Below, piece after piece: positions 1 through 8,247 of a stretch of 32,000 nt of DNA. Below the pieces are notes generated by a model. That model had not been told where the DNA came from. It made no database searches and saw nothing but the letters and a program-made list of their open reading frames with translations. This stretch comes from Crocosphaera subtropica ATCC 51142. GTDB taxonomy: Bacteria > Cyanobacteriota > Cyanobacteriia > Cyanobacteriales > Microcystaceae. Location of the stretch: NCBI RefSeq assembly GCF_000017845.1, contig NC_010546.1, forward strand, positions 3,480,001 to 3,512,000, given 5' to 3'. Both the position numbers and the translations under genes were made by a program. Position 1 is the stretch's first letter. Each line of letters opens with the position of its first letter.

Positions 1-144
1 CCTGTTGAAGCTTATGAAGATCAAGTAGAAGCTCGCCAAATGACTTTAAAATGGAGTGAAGAATCCAAGAACCACATTGCTTGCTATCGGGTTCCTATCA
101 TTCCTCAATTTTCAAAATATCTTAAAAGTTTCCAAGGCAGTTAA
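1..144 (+). CDS. 3' end of an unidentified CDS; the start lies outside the window
   Basis: Frame 1 is open from base 1 to TAA at 142-144 and reads PVEAYEDQVEARQMTLKWSEESKNHIACYRVPIIPQFSKYLKSFQGS. I do not recognise the family. Confidence 0.35.
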   Translation, partial: PVEAYEDQVEARQMTLKWSEESKNHIACYRVPIIPQFSKYLKSFQGS

Positions 145-199
145 CTGGGCTACCTTCAATTATTTATGACTTTAATCTCTATGGCACTAAAAAATTATT

Positions 200-688
200 A
201 TGATTTTTCTCAAACTTTTTCAAAGTGTTACCAATAAGCCAGCCAAAGGATTCACTTTAATTGAACTGATGGTTGTCATATTAATAGTATCCGTATTAGG
301 GGTGATTGCATTACCAATGACTATATCTGCTGTCGGAAAAGCAAGGGAAACAGAGGCTAAACAGATTTTGAGTAGTATTGGACAAGGACAACAGGCTTAT
401 TTTTTTGAACACGCAACATTTGCAACTGCACTTGATTCTTTAGATGTCACTTTTTCTGGTCAGTATTATAATTTTGAAGAACCATTATTAATTAATTCCA
501 CTGCAGTCAAACACGGGGCGATTGGCCTAAATGCTCAACAAGCTAATACTAGAGAATATCAATTAGGAATTTACTATAATTTGAGTTCATTTTCTCTTGT
601 TCTTTGTCAAAGTTCCACTGAAAATGATGTAGCTGAAGCCCCCAATAGCTCAAATGACTCTTGTATCCAAGGTACTAGAATAGACTAA
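200..688 (+). CDS. Type IV pilin / pseudopilin-like protein (prepilin N-terminal methylation motif)
   Basis: A short basic leader is followed by the class III signal KG|FTLIELMVVILIVSVLGVIALP (G-F-T-L-I-E with a hydrophobic helix). This is diagnostic of PilD-processed pilins. The C-terminal part is variable and includes a late Cys. Confidence 0.8.
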   Translation: MIFLKLFQSVTNKPAKGFTLIELMVVILIVSVLGVIALPMTISAVGKARETEAKQILSSIGQGQQAYFFEHATFATALDSLDVTFSGQYYNFEEPLLINSTAVKHGAIGLNAQQANTREYQLGIYYNLSSFSLVLCQSSTENDVAEAPNSSNDSCIQGTRID

Positions 689-744
689 ATCATGATAATA
701 ATACGACGGATAATTATTCAAAAAGATAATCACTGAAGTTAGCC

Positions 745-2013
745 TCAACTCCAGTTTTTTAGGGAGTGTCTAGCAAAGTTTAAAGCTTCTTCTTTAGTCG
801 ATATTTTTCCTTCAACTTGAGCGATAGAAACTTCTGTTAAAAGTTGGCCAAGTTGGGGACTAGGTTTCATATTAAGATTTTTGATTAAATCATGACCTGT
901 AATTAAAGCAATAGGATGAGCGACTTTATCTTGAGGATTAAGATAATGATCAATCAGTTTAAAAATTAGTTGATTATTGACTTTTTTGGCTAAAGCAACA
1001 AGAGCAAAAATAGGAAAATTATCACCCAATTCTAAAAATAGAAAATATAGGTTTTTAAAAGATATGTTTTGCTGATTTCCCCTTAGCCAAGGTAAATGAC
1101 TTAAAATATTTAAAATGGCTTTAATATCCTGATTAGAGTATTTTAAATTCATTAATTCTCTCTTAGCAATTTCAGTATTGTTAGAAACTAAACAAGTTAG
1201 TCTTGCTCTTTGAATTAGAGAACTCTTATAAATTTCTTGATTATCTTGAAGATTAAAGAAACTTTTAAACTCTGTTTCTTTTAACTTATTTAATAATAGT
1301 TCAAGAACTCTATCTATTTCTTTCAGTAGCTGTAAATTATCATGGTTGATGTGAGGAAAATGAATTTTTAATAAGCCATCTTTTTCCATTTCACTTAACC
1401 AATAACTACCCCTAGAATTGCCTAATAAATAATTTAATTCAGTTTGTACACGTTCAGTAGCTACTTGAGTGATTAAAGAAGATAATTGAACAATGGTTTG
1501 CCGTGTTTTTGGATCGATTTTAAACTTTAGTTGAGCAGCTTGGCGATAAGCTCTAAATAATCGTAAGGGATCATCTTGTAAATTTTTAACATGAATCATT
1601 CTAATGGTTTTTGTTTGTAAATCTTCTAACCCATTTAAAGGATCAATAACTTGTTGTTGATGAAAGTTATAGGCGATCGCATTAATCGTAAAATCCCGTC
1701 TCCTTAAATCTGTTTCAATGGTATCTCCCTCTTGTTGAGCAAAATCAACAGTTCCTTGTTCAAAAACCACTCTAGCAATCTTTCTTTCTGCATCTAAAAC
1801 CACAAAACCCGCATTATACTGATTTGAAATTTTTTTTGCTGTTTCGATTACTAATTCAGGTAAAACAAAATCTAAATCAAGATAATTTTGCTGATAATTC
1901 AGTAGTGAATCTCGAACCATACCACCTACTAAATAAGCAGGCATAGGTAGCAATTCTAAGTCAAATGGTAAAATTTTAGAAGATAAATTGAAAAATAATG
2001 TCGGCTGACTCAT
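745..2013 (-). CDS. cca: CCA-adding tRNA nucleotidyltransferase / poly(A) polymerase family protein
   Basis: The N-terminal nucleotidyltransferase head motif is present: GGMVRDSLL ... LDLDF, then RRDFTINA. The length of 422 aa is typical of the class II CCA/PcnB family. Confidence 0.8.
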   Translation of the reverse strand: MSQPTLFFNLSSKILPFDLELLPMPAYLVGGMVRDSLLNYQQNYLDLDFVLPELVIETAKKISNQYNAGFVVLDAERKIARVVFEQGTVDFAQQEGDTIETDLRRRDFTINAIAYNFHQQQVIDPLNGLEDLQTKTIRMIHVKNLQDDPLRLFRAYRQAAQLKFKIDPKTRQTIVQLSSLITQVATERVQTELNYLLGNSRGSYWLSEMEKDGLLKIHFPHINHDNLQLLKEIDRVLELLLNKLKETEFKSFFNLQDNQEIYKSSLIQRARLTCLVSNNTEIAKRELMNLKYSNQDIKAILNILSHLPWLRGNQQNISFKNLYFLFLELGDNFPIFALVALAKKVNNQLIFKLIDHYLNPQDKVAHPIALITGHDLIKNLNMKPSPQLGQLLTEVSIAQVEGKISTKEEALNFARHSLKNWS

Positions 2014-2101
2014 GTAACTTAAAGAAATAAACCCTTAAAAATTAGTCAAATTTTTATATCTTACGTTAGATTAATAAGTAACACGGACAAAGGAGAAATC
2101 T

Positions 2102-2350
2102 ATGTGTATTTGTGTTAATTGTCATTACGTTGATAGTTGTCAAACCTATCACGCAGTAGAAGAACAGCATCAACAACCCCATTTAACTAATAATCCTACT
2201 TTCGACCCAAAAGAACCTACCATCAATGTTAACATTCGTCCAAAAGAAGATTATATCGAAATGGAGTGGGATGTTGTAGGTTGTGAAAGCTTTTTAGAAG
2301 AAACGGGAAAATGGATGAAGTTACGTCCTGGAGAACCGGTTCCTGCTTAA
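2102..2350 (+). CDS. ycf34: Ycf34 (small cyanobacterial/plastid Fe-S protein)
   Basis: The N-terminus MCICVNCHYVDSCQTYHAVEEQH..PHL..P.F.P.EPTINVNIR matches the Ycf34 family as I recall it. An AGGAGA SD sits 5 nt upstream of the ATG. Confidence 0.85.
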   Translation: MCICVNCHYVDSCQTYHAVEEQHQQPHLTNNPTFDPKEPTINVNIRPKEDYIEMEWDVVGCESFLEETGKWMKLRPGEPVPA

Positions 2351-2373
2351 AAATATATCTTTATCTTATCAGG

Positions 2374-2407
2374 GAAGTTCATCTTACTGGTGTGGACTTC
2401 TCTTTTT
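2374..2407 (+). terminator. Putative Rho-independent terminator after ycf34
   Basis: Stem 2374-2381 (gaagttca) pairs with 2393-2400 (tggacttc): 8 bp including one G-U. The loop is 11 nt and is followed by tcttttt. Confidence 0.5.
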
Positions 2408-2512
2408 AATTATTGAGAATCAATCAATAATAAATGATACTAAACAAAATGTATTATCCTCAGTTTAACCTGTAGGCTAGAATATGATTGTTGAGGGTGA
2501 GAGGTCATAACG

Positions 2513-2734
2513 ATGCGGTTATGGATTAGTGCCGTTCTTGTTTTATTTGTTTTCGTGCAGTTTTATCAATGGGTGAAAGGCTTTATTTTGCCCTTACCCA
2601 TCTACGTTTTAGCCGGGGCTTTTCTAGCGATCGCCTCGAACTATGATCAGGGGATGGCTAAAATCATCGTTGCGTCTGGTAAACAGTCTTTGACCCCTTC
2701 CGATCATCACACCGAGGAAACGTCACCACAATAA
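2513..2734 (+). CDS. Small hypothetical membrane protein (two predicted TM helices)
   Basis: There are two hydrophobic stretches, LWISAVLVLFVFVQFY and ILPLPIYVLAGAFLAIA. The gene ends 15 nt before the next same-strand gene. No family recognised. Confidence 0.45.
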   Translation: MRLWISAVLVLFVFVQFYQWVKGFILPLPIYVLAGAFLAIASNYDQGMAKIIVASGKQSLTPSDHHTEETSPQ

Positions 2735-2749
2735 TTATCAACATCATTT

Positions 2750-4027
2750 ATGGCACTGTCTGCCTTTGTCCAAGGAATGTTAGGGGCTTCTAGTTTAGCA
2801 TTAGGGGCAACCGTCGGAGTTTTTTTGCCTCCAAAACGGGCTTTATCCGCTTCTATCATGGCTTTTGGCAGTGGGACTTTAATTGCGGCGATCGCCTTTG
2901 AAATCACCCGTAAAGTCTATGAAGAAACGGGTTTTTTCCCTTTAATGTTAGGGTTTGCCTTGGGAGGTATCTTATTTACAACTCTGAGTCAATATATTGA
3001 TCAACATGGGGGCTTTTTACGCAAACCGGCCGCCAGTCGTCGTTATCTCTTTGAGCATCAACCCCAACCAGAAACCATCCCTAGTATTTTACAACGACTC
3101 TCTAATGTACAAGTGTTACAACAGTTACCAGAAGGAGAAAAAGAAGCGATCGCTAACCTTGTCATCCCTGTCCACGCTAAACCCAAACAAGTATTATGCC
3201 AAGAAGGGGAACCCGGAGACTATTTTTATATGATTGCCCAAGGGGAAGCCGAAGTTATCAAAGATCGTAAACACATTACGGTATTAGGACCGGGAGAAAT
3301 TTTTGGGGAAATGTCCTTATTAACCAAAGAACCCCGTTCTGCGACGGTGATCGCTTGTACGCCGATGGAACTGTATCAATTGAATGAGGAAAATTTCGGT
3401 CAAGTTCTGACCCGATCGCCCCATTTAGCCTTAGCCTTAAGTCGCACCTTAGCACGACGGTTACGCCATTCTGTGGACTCCCATGTAGCAGCCCAAAATA
3501 ACTTGGATCGCTGGCAACAACAGTTAATGGAACCAGTGGAACTGGATCGCCTTCTCACGGAAAATTCCCAAACCCTCACCCGTCTAGTGGAACGGTCTAC
3601 CCCTGTGGCTATTTTGGTGGGAACCCTATTAGATAATATCCCTGAAGCCACGGTGATTGGTATGAACGCTGGAACGCAACAGTTGGCTTGGTCTTTTCTC
3701 TTGGCGGTGTTTATCTCTAACTTTCCTGAAGCCTTAAGTAGTGCTTCTGGGATGAAACAAGCCGGAACCTCTAAAGTGCAAATTCTTGCTCTTTGGTTTG
3801 GTATTGTTATTCTGAGTGGTATGATTGCCACCTTTGGTTACTATTTACAAGATAGTGCCTCTTTGTTGTTTATTGGGACAGCCCAAGCGGTAGCTGGTGG
3901 GGCAATATTAGCCATGTTAGCTAGTACCATGATGCCCGAAGCTTACGAATTGGGAGGAAGTTCCGTGTCTTATTCAACCATTGCGGGTTTTTTGTTAGGA
4001 TTTTTAATTGCGATGGTTTCTGGTTAA
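2750..4027 (+). CDS. ZIP (ZupT-like) family membrane transporter with a cyclic-nucleotide-binding domain inserted in the central cytoplasmic loop
   Basis: The TM-rich N-terminus (aa 1-85) and C-terminus (aa 285-425) carry ZupT-like xNxPEx motifs: LLDNIPEAT and FISNFPEAL. Residues about 112-238 (nt 3083-3463) form a cNMP-binding fold with the phosphate-binding cassette FGEMSLLTKEPRSATVIA. Confidence 0.7.
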   Translation: MALSAFVQGMLGASSLALGATVGVFLPPKRALSASIMAFGSGTLIAAIAFEITRKVYEETGFFPLMLGFALGGILFTTLSQYIDQHGGFLRKPAASRRYLFEHQPQPETIPSILQRLSNVQVLQQLPEGEKEAIANLVIPVHAKPKQVLCQEGEPGDYFYMIAQGEAEVIKDRKHITVLGPGEIFGEMSLLTKEPRSATVIACTPMELYQLNEENFGQVLTRSPHLALALSRTLARRLRHSVDSHVAAQNNLDRWQQQLMEPVELDRLLTENSQTLTRLVERSTPVAILVGTLLDNIPEATVIGMNAGTQQLAWSFLLAVFISNFPEALSSASGMKQAGTSKVQILALWFGIVILSGMIATFGYYLQDSASLLFIGTAQAVAGGAILAMLASTMMPEAYELGGSSVSYSTIAGFLLGFLIAMVSG

Positions 4028-4052
4028 TATATTAATTTATCCATTTATTATT

Positions 4053-4712
4053 ATGAGTCTTACCCCTGCTGATGTGCAACCCCTATTAATTTCCGACAAC
4101 CTTGGCGATCGCCTCAAAGGTGTCAATTTATTACGTCAACTCGATCCCACTATCGCCTTTGATCTGATTCAACCTTTAGTAACTGATACCAATGAACGGG
4201 TTCGTTATGCTGCCGTCAGTCAACTTGATCCCTTGGGTAAACAAGATCCAAACAAAGCTTTAAGTTTATTACGCGATCGCATACAAAATGACCCAGAAAC
4301 CGATGTTAAAGCAGCAGCGGCCGATGTCATCGGAGGACTACAATTAACTGAGGCTTATGAGGATTTAAAACAACTCTATCATCAAACCTCTGATTGGTTA
4401 TTACAGTTAAGTATCATTGCTACATTGGGAGAATTAGGAGAACCGAAAGCCATTGAATTGTTAGAAGATGCCTTAAAATCTGATAATGGATTGGTTCGGA
4501 TCTCTGCGGTGAGTGCCTTAGGAGAATTAGGCAATCAAGAAGGCATTAAATTACTGCTTGATTTAGTCAAAGATGAAGATTGGCAAGTCCGTTATCGACT
4601 GGTTCAGGCCTTGGGCAAGTTGGGAGGGGATCAAGCTCAAGAAGCCCTTAAAATTCTAACAGAAGATTCTATGGAACAAGTCGCTAAAGAAGCTAAAGAA
4701 AATTTAGCTTAA
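4053..4712 (+). CDS. HEAT-repeat protein (PBS-lyase HEAT-like repeats)
   Basis: Units of the form R..A...LG.......LL..L.D....VR are repeated, e.g. ERVRYAAVSQL, LVRISAVSALGELG, DWQVRYRLVQALGKLG. I chose the start at MSLTPAD (ATG 4053), because the track's upstream extension overlaps the previous gene. Confidence 0.7.
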   Translation: MSLTPADVQPLLISDNLGDRLKGVNLLRQLDPTIAFDLIQPLVTDTNERVRYAAVSQLDPLGKQDPNKALSLLRDRIQNDPETDVKAAAADVIGGLQLTEAYEDLKQLYHQTSDWLLQLSIIATLGELGEPKAIELLEDALKSDNGLVRISAVSALGELGNQEGIKLLLDLVKDEDWQVRYRLVQALGKLGGDQAQEALKILTEDSMEQVAKEAKENLA

Positions 4713-4714
4713 GT

Positions 4715-4851
4715 TGACATCTTGCACCAGTACAGGAAACCTCAGCAACAAAAAACAGAAAATACATTCTTAAGGAGTTACCATCAAAATGAACTCTGTT
4801 CCCTGTTCCTTCCCTAAAGGAGCTTCGTTTGAGCAAAGGTGCAAGATGTCA
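4715..4851. repeat. Perfect 14-bp inverted repeat bracketing a 109-nt spacer in a convergent intergenic gap
   Basis: tgacatcttgcacc (4715-4728) is the exact reverse complement of ggtgcaagatgtca (4838-4851). The pair starts 3 nt after one stop codon and ends 3 nt before the other. Confidence 0.7.
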
Positions 4852-4854
4852 GTA

Positions 4855-5790
4855 TTATCTAGATTTAAACATTTCTAAAACTAATTGTGAAATAAAAGGA
4901 AGAATGTTTTTATTTTGACTATTCTTTTGACCTTCTGTAAACACCACTAATAAGAAGGGGGGTAGATTAGGGATTTCTATATAAGCAGCATCGTGACGTA
5001 CCTGGGATGTCCATCCTGCTTTTGACCATAATTTAGCATTAGCTGGTAAACTTTCCCCTAAAAACCCTGTAATTTGATTTTCTTCTTGGTTGTCTGCTGG
5101 GGTTGGTGGAAGTTGTCTGTTTAATAATTTCATCATTTGTTGGGATCGCTCTGGGGAAATGACTCTTTCTGCCACCATATTATGAAATAATCTGGCCACA
5201 GCATTAGTGGTTAAACGGTTTCGGTTTTCTCCCTTTTCCCCGACAAACTGCTTTTCTCTGCCATAATAGCCATCGCACCACGTTTTCTGATTAACATTAA
5301 TCTGCTTCAATTCTTCCCAACCAAACCCTTGAAAATAGCGGTTAATTTCGTCGCGTTTCTGTTGCCATTGTGCTAACTCCTGAGGCGGCAATTCTGGTCC
5401 ACTGGTCGTATGGGTTAACATATCTACCACTAAGCTGGTTGCATCGTTACTAGAGTCTACTATCATGTCAGTCATAGCACGATTTAATTCAACTGAAGGT
5501 TTAAGGTTTCCTGCTTCTAACCATTGATGAATTGCCACTAAATAAAACAATTTCACCACACTAGCAGGATAGATAGTTTCGTCCCCTCGATAACTAAATC
5601 CGTTGATAGGATGTTGCCAAAATTCCCCAGGAAAGGTGATCTCTTTTTTGTCAACCATGACAGGGGTATCATAAACTAACCAGGTTAAAGCACATTGATC
5701 ACGGGTTAATTCAGGAAATTCGGCCCAAGTTACTGCTAATATTTGCTTTGCGAGGCTGTTTAATTGCTCATCTGGCATGAAAAAGGTCAT
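4855..5790 (-). CDS. Class A beta-lactamase-related serine hydrolase
   Basis: Three motifs appear in the right order: S-x-x-K (PASVVKLF), an SxN-like loop (DSSNDAT) and a KTG-like triad (SKAGWT). Confidence 0.6.
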   Translation of the reverse strand: MTFFMPDEQLNSLAKQILAVTWAEFPELTRDQCALTWLVYDTPVMVDKKEITFPGEFWQHPINGFSYRGDETIYPASVVKLFYLVAIHQWLEAGNLKPSVELNRAMTDMIVDSSNDATSLVVDMLTHTTSGPELPPQELAQWQQKRDEINRYFQGFGWEELKQINVNQKTWCDGYYGREKQFVGEKGENRNRLTTNAVARLFHNMVAERVISPERSQQMMKLLNRQLPPTPADNQEENQITGFLGESLPANAKLWSKAGWTSQVRHDAAYIEIPNLPPFLLVVFTEGQKNSQNKNILPFISQLVLEMFKSR

Positions 5791-5799
5791 TCATCTATC

Positions 5800-7020
5800 C
5801 TAAAGACTTAACTGTCGTACTAAAGCAAACACAGAAGTATAACCATGCAAAAACGTTTCTCGTCCTACAGGACCGATTTCCCCATTACAGAAAAATCCCC
5901 CTAACGGGACTCCAGAGAAATAGTTAGCAAATAACTGAGAATCAAAATTTGGCATTTGATATAAGGTTTGTCCCCGTCCTAAACAAGAAAACATTAAAGC
6001 ACCTTGAATAGAAGTTGATTGACGATAGGCTTTTAACAGGGTTTCTAAATCATCGGCCGAGGTTTGAGCATCTCGTAGATGAAATTGTAACCGTTGGCCA
6101 GGCCGTACACGATCGCCGACAGCAATGGCCCCTAACTTGGGATCAATTCCTAATAAATTGCGGATTAGAAAATCCCCTGATTGTAAGTTTTGTTTAAATT
6201 CATCCCTTACCACTCCTACAAATAGAGAATGTTGTGCCAGTTGACGATCAGACTCGTCTAAACTTTCCATCAACTCTCGCAAGCAATCTAGAGGCGATCG
6301 CGTTTCTCCGTTTTGGGACAGTTCTAAAATAATATTTCTTTCACCTTTCACCACTTGATAGGGTTGGCCAATGGGGCGACATCCTTGGGCGACAATAGTA
6401 TCAATAGTAATATCGCCACTTAAAGCCAGTCCTACTGTTCCTTGGTGGTAATATCCTGATTGATGATCACCGCTTTGATGGTAGAATACAGTGCCGGGAA
6501 CCCCCATTAAACTACTACTACTTAATCCTCCGACTTTCACTGATTCAGGATAAGCAAAATCTAAACCTGCTAATAAGTCATTAATTCGGGTTGAAAAAGG
6601 ATCAGACAACAGGATAAAGTGCGGTTTCTCTTGGGGTGAAACGCCCATGAAGTCTTGCCAAGTTTCAGGGGAACTATCTAAATCTGGTAAACTTTCAGGA
6701 CTGAGAAAAAAAGGGTTAATCTTAACATTGGGCAAACAGCCCACCATCAAACTAAAAGCCGAGTTGTTTTCTATTTCAGATATTTCATGGCCACTATGTT
6801 GGCCAATAATACCCGCCCCACCACAGCCGATTAACCTTGGTAATGGCAACTTTTCTAAGATTAATGGGATCAAACGGGGATAATCACTAGCATAAGCCGA
6901 AGAAATAAAGAAAATGCCCACATCCGCAGGAGTTGACAAACTGTTCTCGATAGTTTGAATCACCTCTGTCACAGCAGTTTCTAAAGAGGGTCGAGTTGAT
7001 AGGGCATTAGTCCAAAACAT
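5800..7020 (-). CDS. FIST-domain (FIST_N/FIST_C) sensory protein
   Basis: At 406 aa, its layout matches cyanobacterial FIST proteins as I recall them. The N-terminus reads ...ALSTRPSLE.AV.EV... and the C-terminus reads GGFFCNGEIGPVG. Confidence 0.65.
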   Translation of the reverse strand: MFWTNALSTRPSLETAVTEVIQTIENSLSTPADVGIFFISSAYASDYPRLIPLILEKLPLPRLIGCGGAGIIGQHSGHEISEIENNSAFSLMVGCLPNVKINPFFLSPESLPDLDSSPETWQDFMGVSPQEKPHFILLSDPFSTRINDLLAGLDFAYPESVKVGGLSSSSLMGVPGTVFYHQSGDHQSGYYHQGTVGLALSGDITIDTIVAQGCRPIGQPYQVVKGERNIILELSQNGETRSPLDCLRELMESLDESDRQLAQHSLFVGVVRDEFKQNLQSGDFLIRNLLGIDPKLGAIAVGDRVRPGQRLQFHLRDAQTSADDLETLLKAYRQSTSIQGALMFSCLGRGQTLYQMPNFDSQLFANYFSGVPLGGFFCNGEIGPVGRETFLHGYTSVFALVRQLSL

Positions 7021-7047
7021 TCGTTTTTGAGCAGATAATTAGGATAA

Positions 7048-7944
7048 TTAAAGATTGCTGTTGAATTCTCCCGACGGCATGGCATTATTAGGGAAAATCT
7101 CGGCCGGCATGGTATTAAACTCAGTATCAATGGTTAAGTCTAAACTTTTGTCAATTTGTTCAATCATATCAGAGAGATTGGTTCGATAAACCGTTCTGAC
7201 AAAGGTGTCCACATCCACTACTTCTTCTTGAGGCAAAGAAGCAAAGAATATATCCACTTGACTATCCCCCCAAGTATTAGCTTGTACTTTAGTAGCTGAG
7301 GGTAAGCTGACTTGACGTAAAGGGGCTGTCAAGTTGGTAGCAGGACTACCGATGACTGAAACTGGTCCACCAAATCGGGGCAAAGAAGGTTGTTCCAATG
7401 TCGGACTAGGAATACCGGCAACTTGGCCTCCTATGGTTCTTACACCTCCTCTAAGGGCAGGAATGCCATCTATAGGCGGCAAGACACCAACACTGATGGG
7501 TTCACTGAGTTCTTCAGCCGCCCTTGTGCCAAAATCATAAATATCTCGATAGACATCAGCAGCATCTACTTGCGGTAAGATAGGAACCTCTGCCATCTGT
7601 CCATTTTCTTGTTCTGCGTCTAAACTGATTTGGCTGAGAGACGAAACCACAGATTCCAAAGAGATAGCGGATGGTTCTGAAACTGCTTCAGTGATGGTTT
7701 CTGAACTGAACGAATCATTAACCGTTGTTATCCCTTGTTCTGGAGGCACTAATTGACTGAGAAGATCGGATTCAAGAAAATCTTGGCTAGTTACTTCCTC
7801 TATTGTCAAGTTATCCCATGATAGGTCTGGAGATAAGCGAAAGGTTGCTGCAAGGCTTGTGTCTGTTAAGGTATGAATATAGTTAAGGCTGACTACGATT
7901 CCTAAACCAGTCTTTATTAATTTAAAAGATAAGGTCTTTAGCAT
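7048..7944 (-). CDS. Hypothetical secreted or membrane-anchored acidic Ser/Pro-rich protein
   Basis: It is a long uninterrupted ORF with an N-terminal hydrophobic segment (TGLGIVVSL). The composition is low-complexity and rich in S, P, E and D. No recognisable domain. Confidence 0.45.
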   Translation of the reverse strand: MLKTLSFKLIKTGLGIVVSLNYIHTLTDTSLAATFRLSPDLSWDNLTIEEVTSQDFLESDLLSQLVPPEQGITTVNDSFSSETITEAVSEPSAISLESVVSSLSQISLDAEQENGQMAEVPILPQVDAADVYRDIYDFGTRAAEELSEPISVGVLPPIDGIPALRGGVRTIGGQVAGIPSPTLEQPSLPRFGGPVSVIGSPATNLTAPLRQVSLPSATKVQANTWGDSQVDIFFASLPQEEVVDVDTFVRTVYRTNLSDMIEQIDKSLDLTIDTEFNTMPAEIFPNNAMPSGEFNSNL

Positions 7945-8247
7945 GACAAAATTGCTCTAGTCACAGTGATTACTATCTATATTGATAATTTTTGGTTAGG
8001 GAAGATGAAAATTAATGGAATTGAAGTCAATTAATAACAACAATTATAAAAGAGTGGGTAATCATAAGTAAAAATTATTCTTAAGTGTCTAATCACTGCC
8101 TCTAATATTCAGTGAAACAACCTGATCTATTAATTGGTATTACCCATAGCCTAATTCTACCCAAAAATTTCTATCTCACCCCCTTTTCTATAAACTTTAT
8201 ATAATTTTTGTCTAAGGAGTGTTGCACAACTGATAACTGATTAGTGA

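Noticed and set aside
2707-3831. Three ORFs (2707-2907 -, 2997-3233 + and 3400-3831 -) overlap the ZIP-cNMP gene.
   Set aside because: They are nested in or antisense to a long ORF with clear domain motifs. Their products have no recognisable features, and the 143-aa product is Arg/Cys-rich, typical of an antisense translation.
4789-4878. A 29-codon ORF (MNSVPCSFPKGASFEQRCKMSVLSRFKHF), preceded by aaggag, lies inside the 14-bp-IR element.
   Set aside because: It runs into the 3' end of the convergent serine hydrolase gene. The SD spacing is long at 11 nt, and no similarity was recognised.
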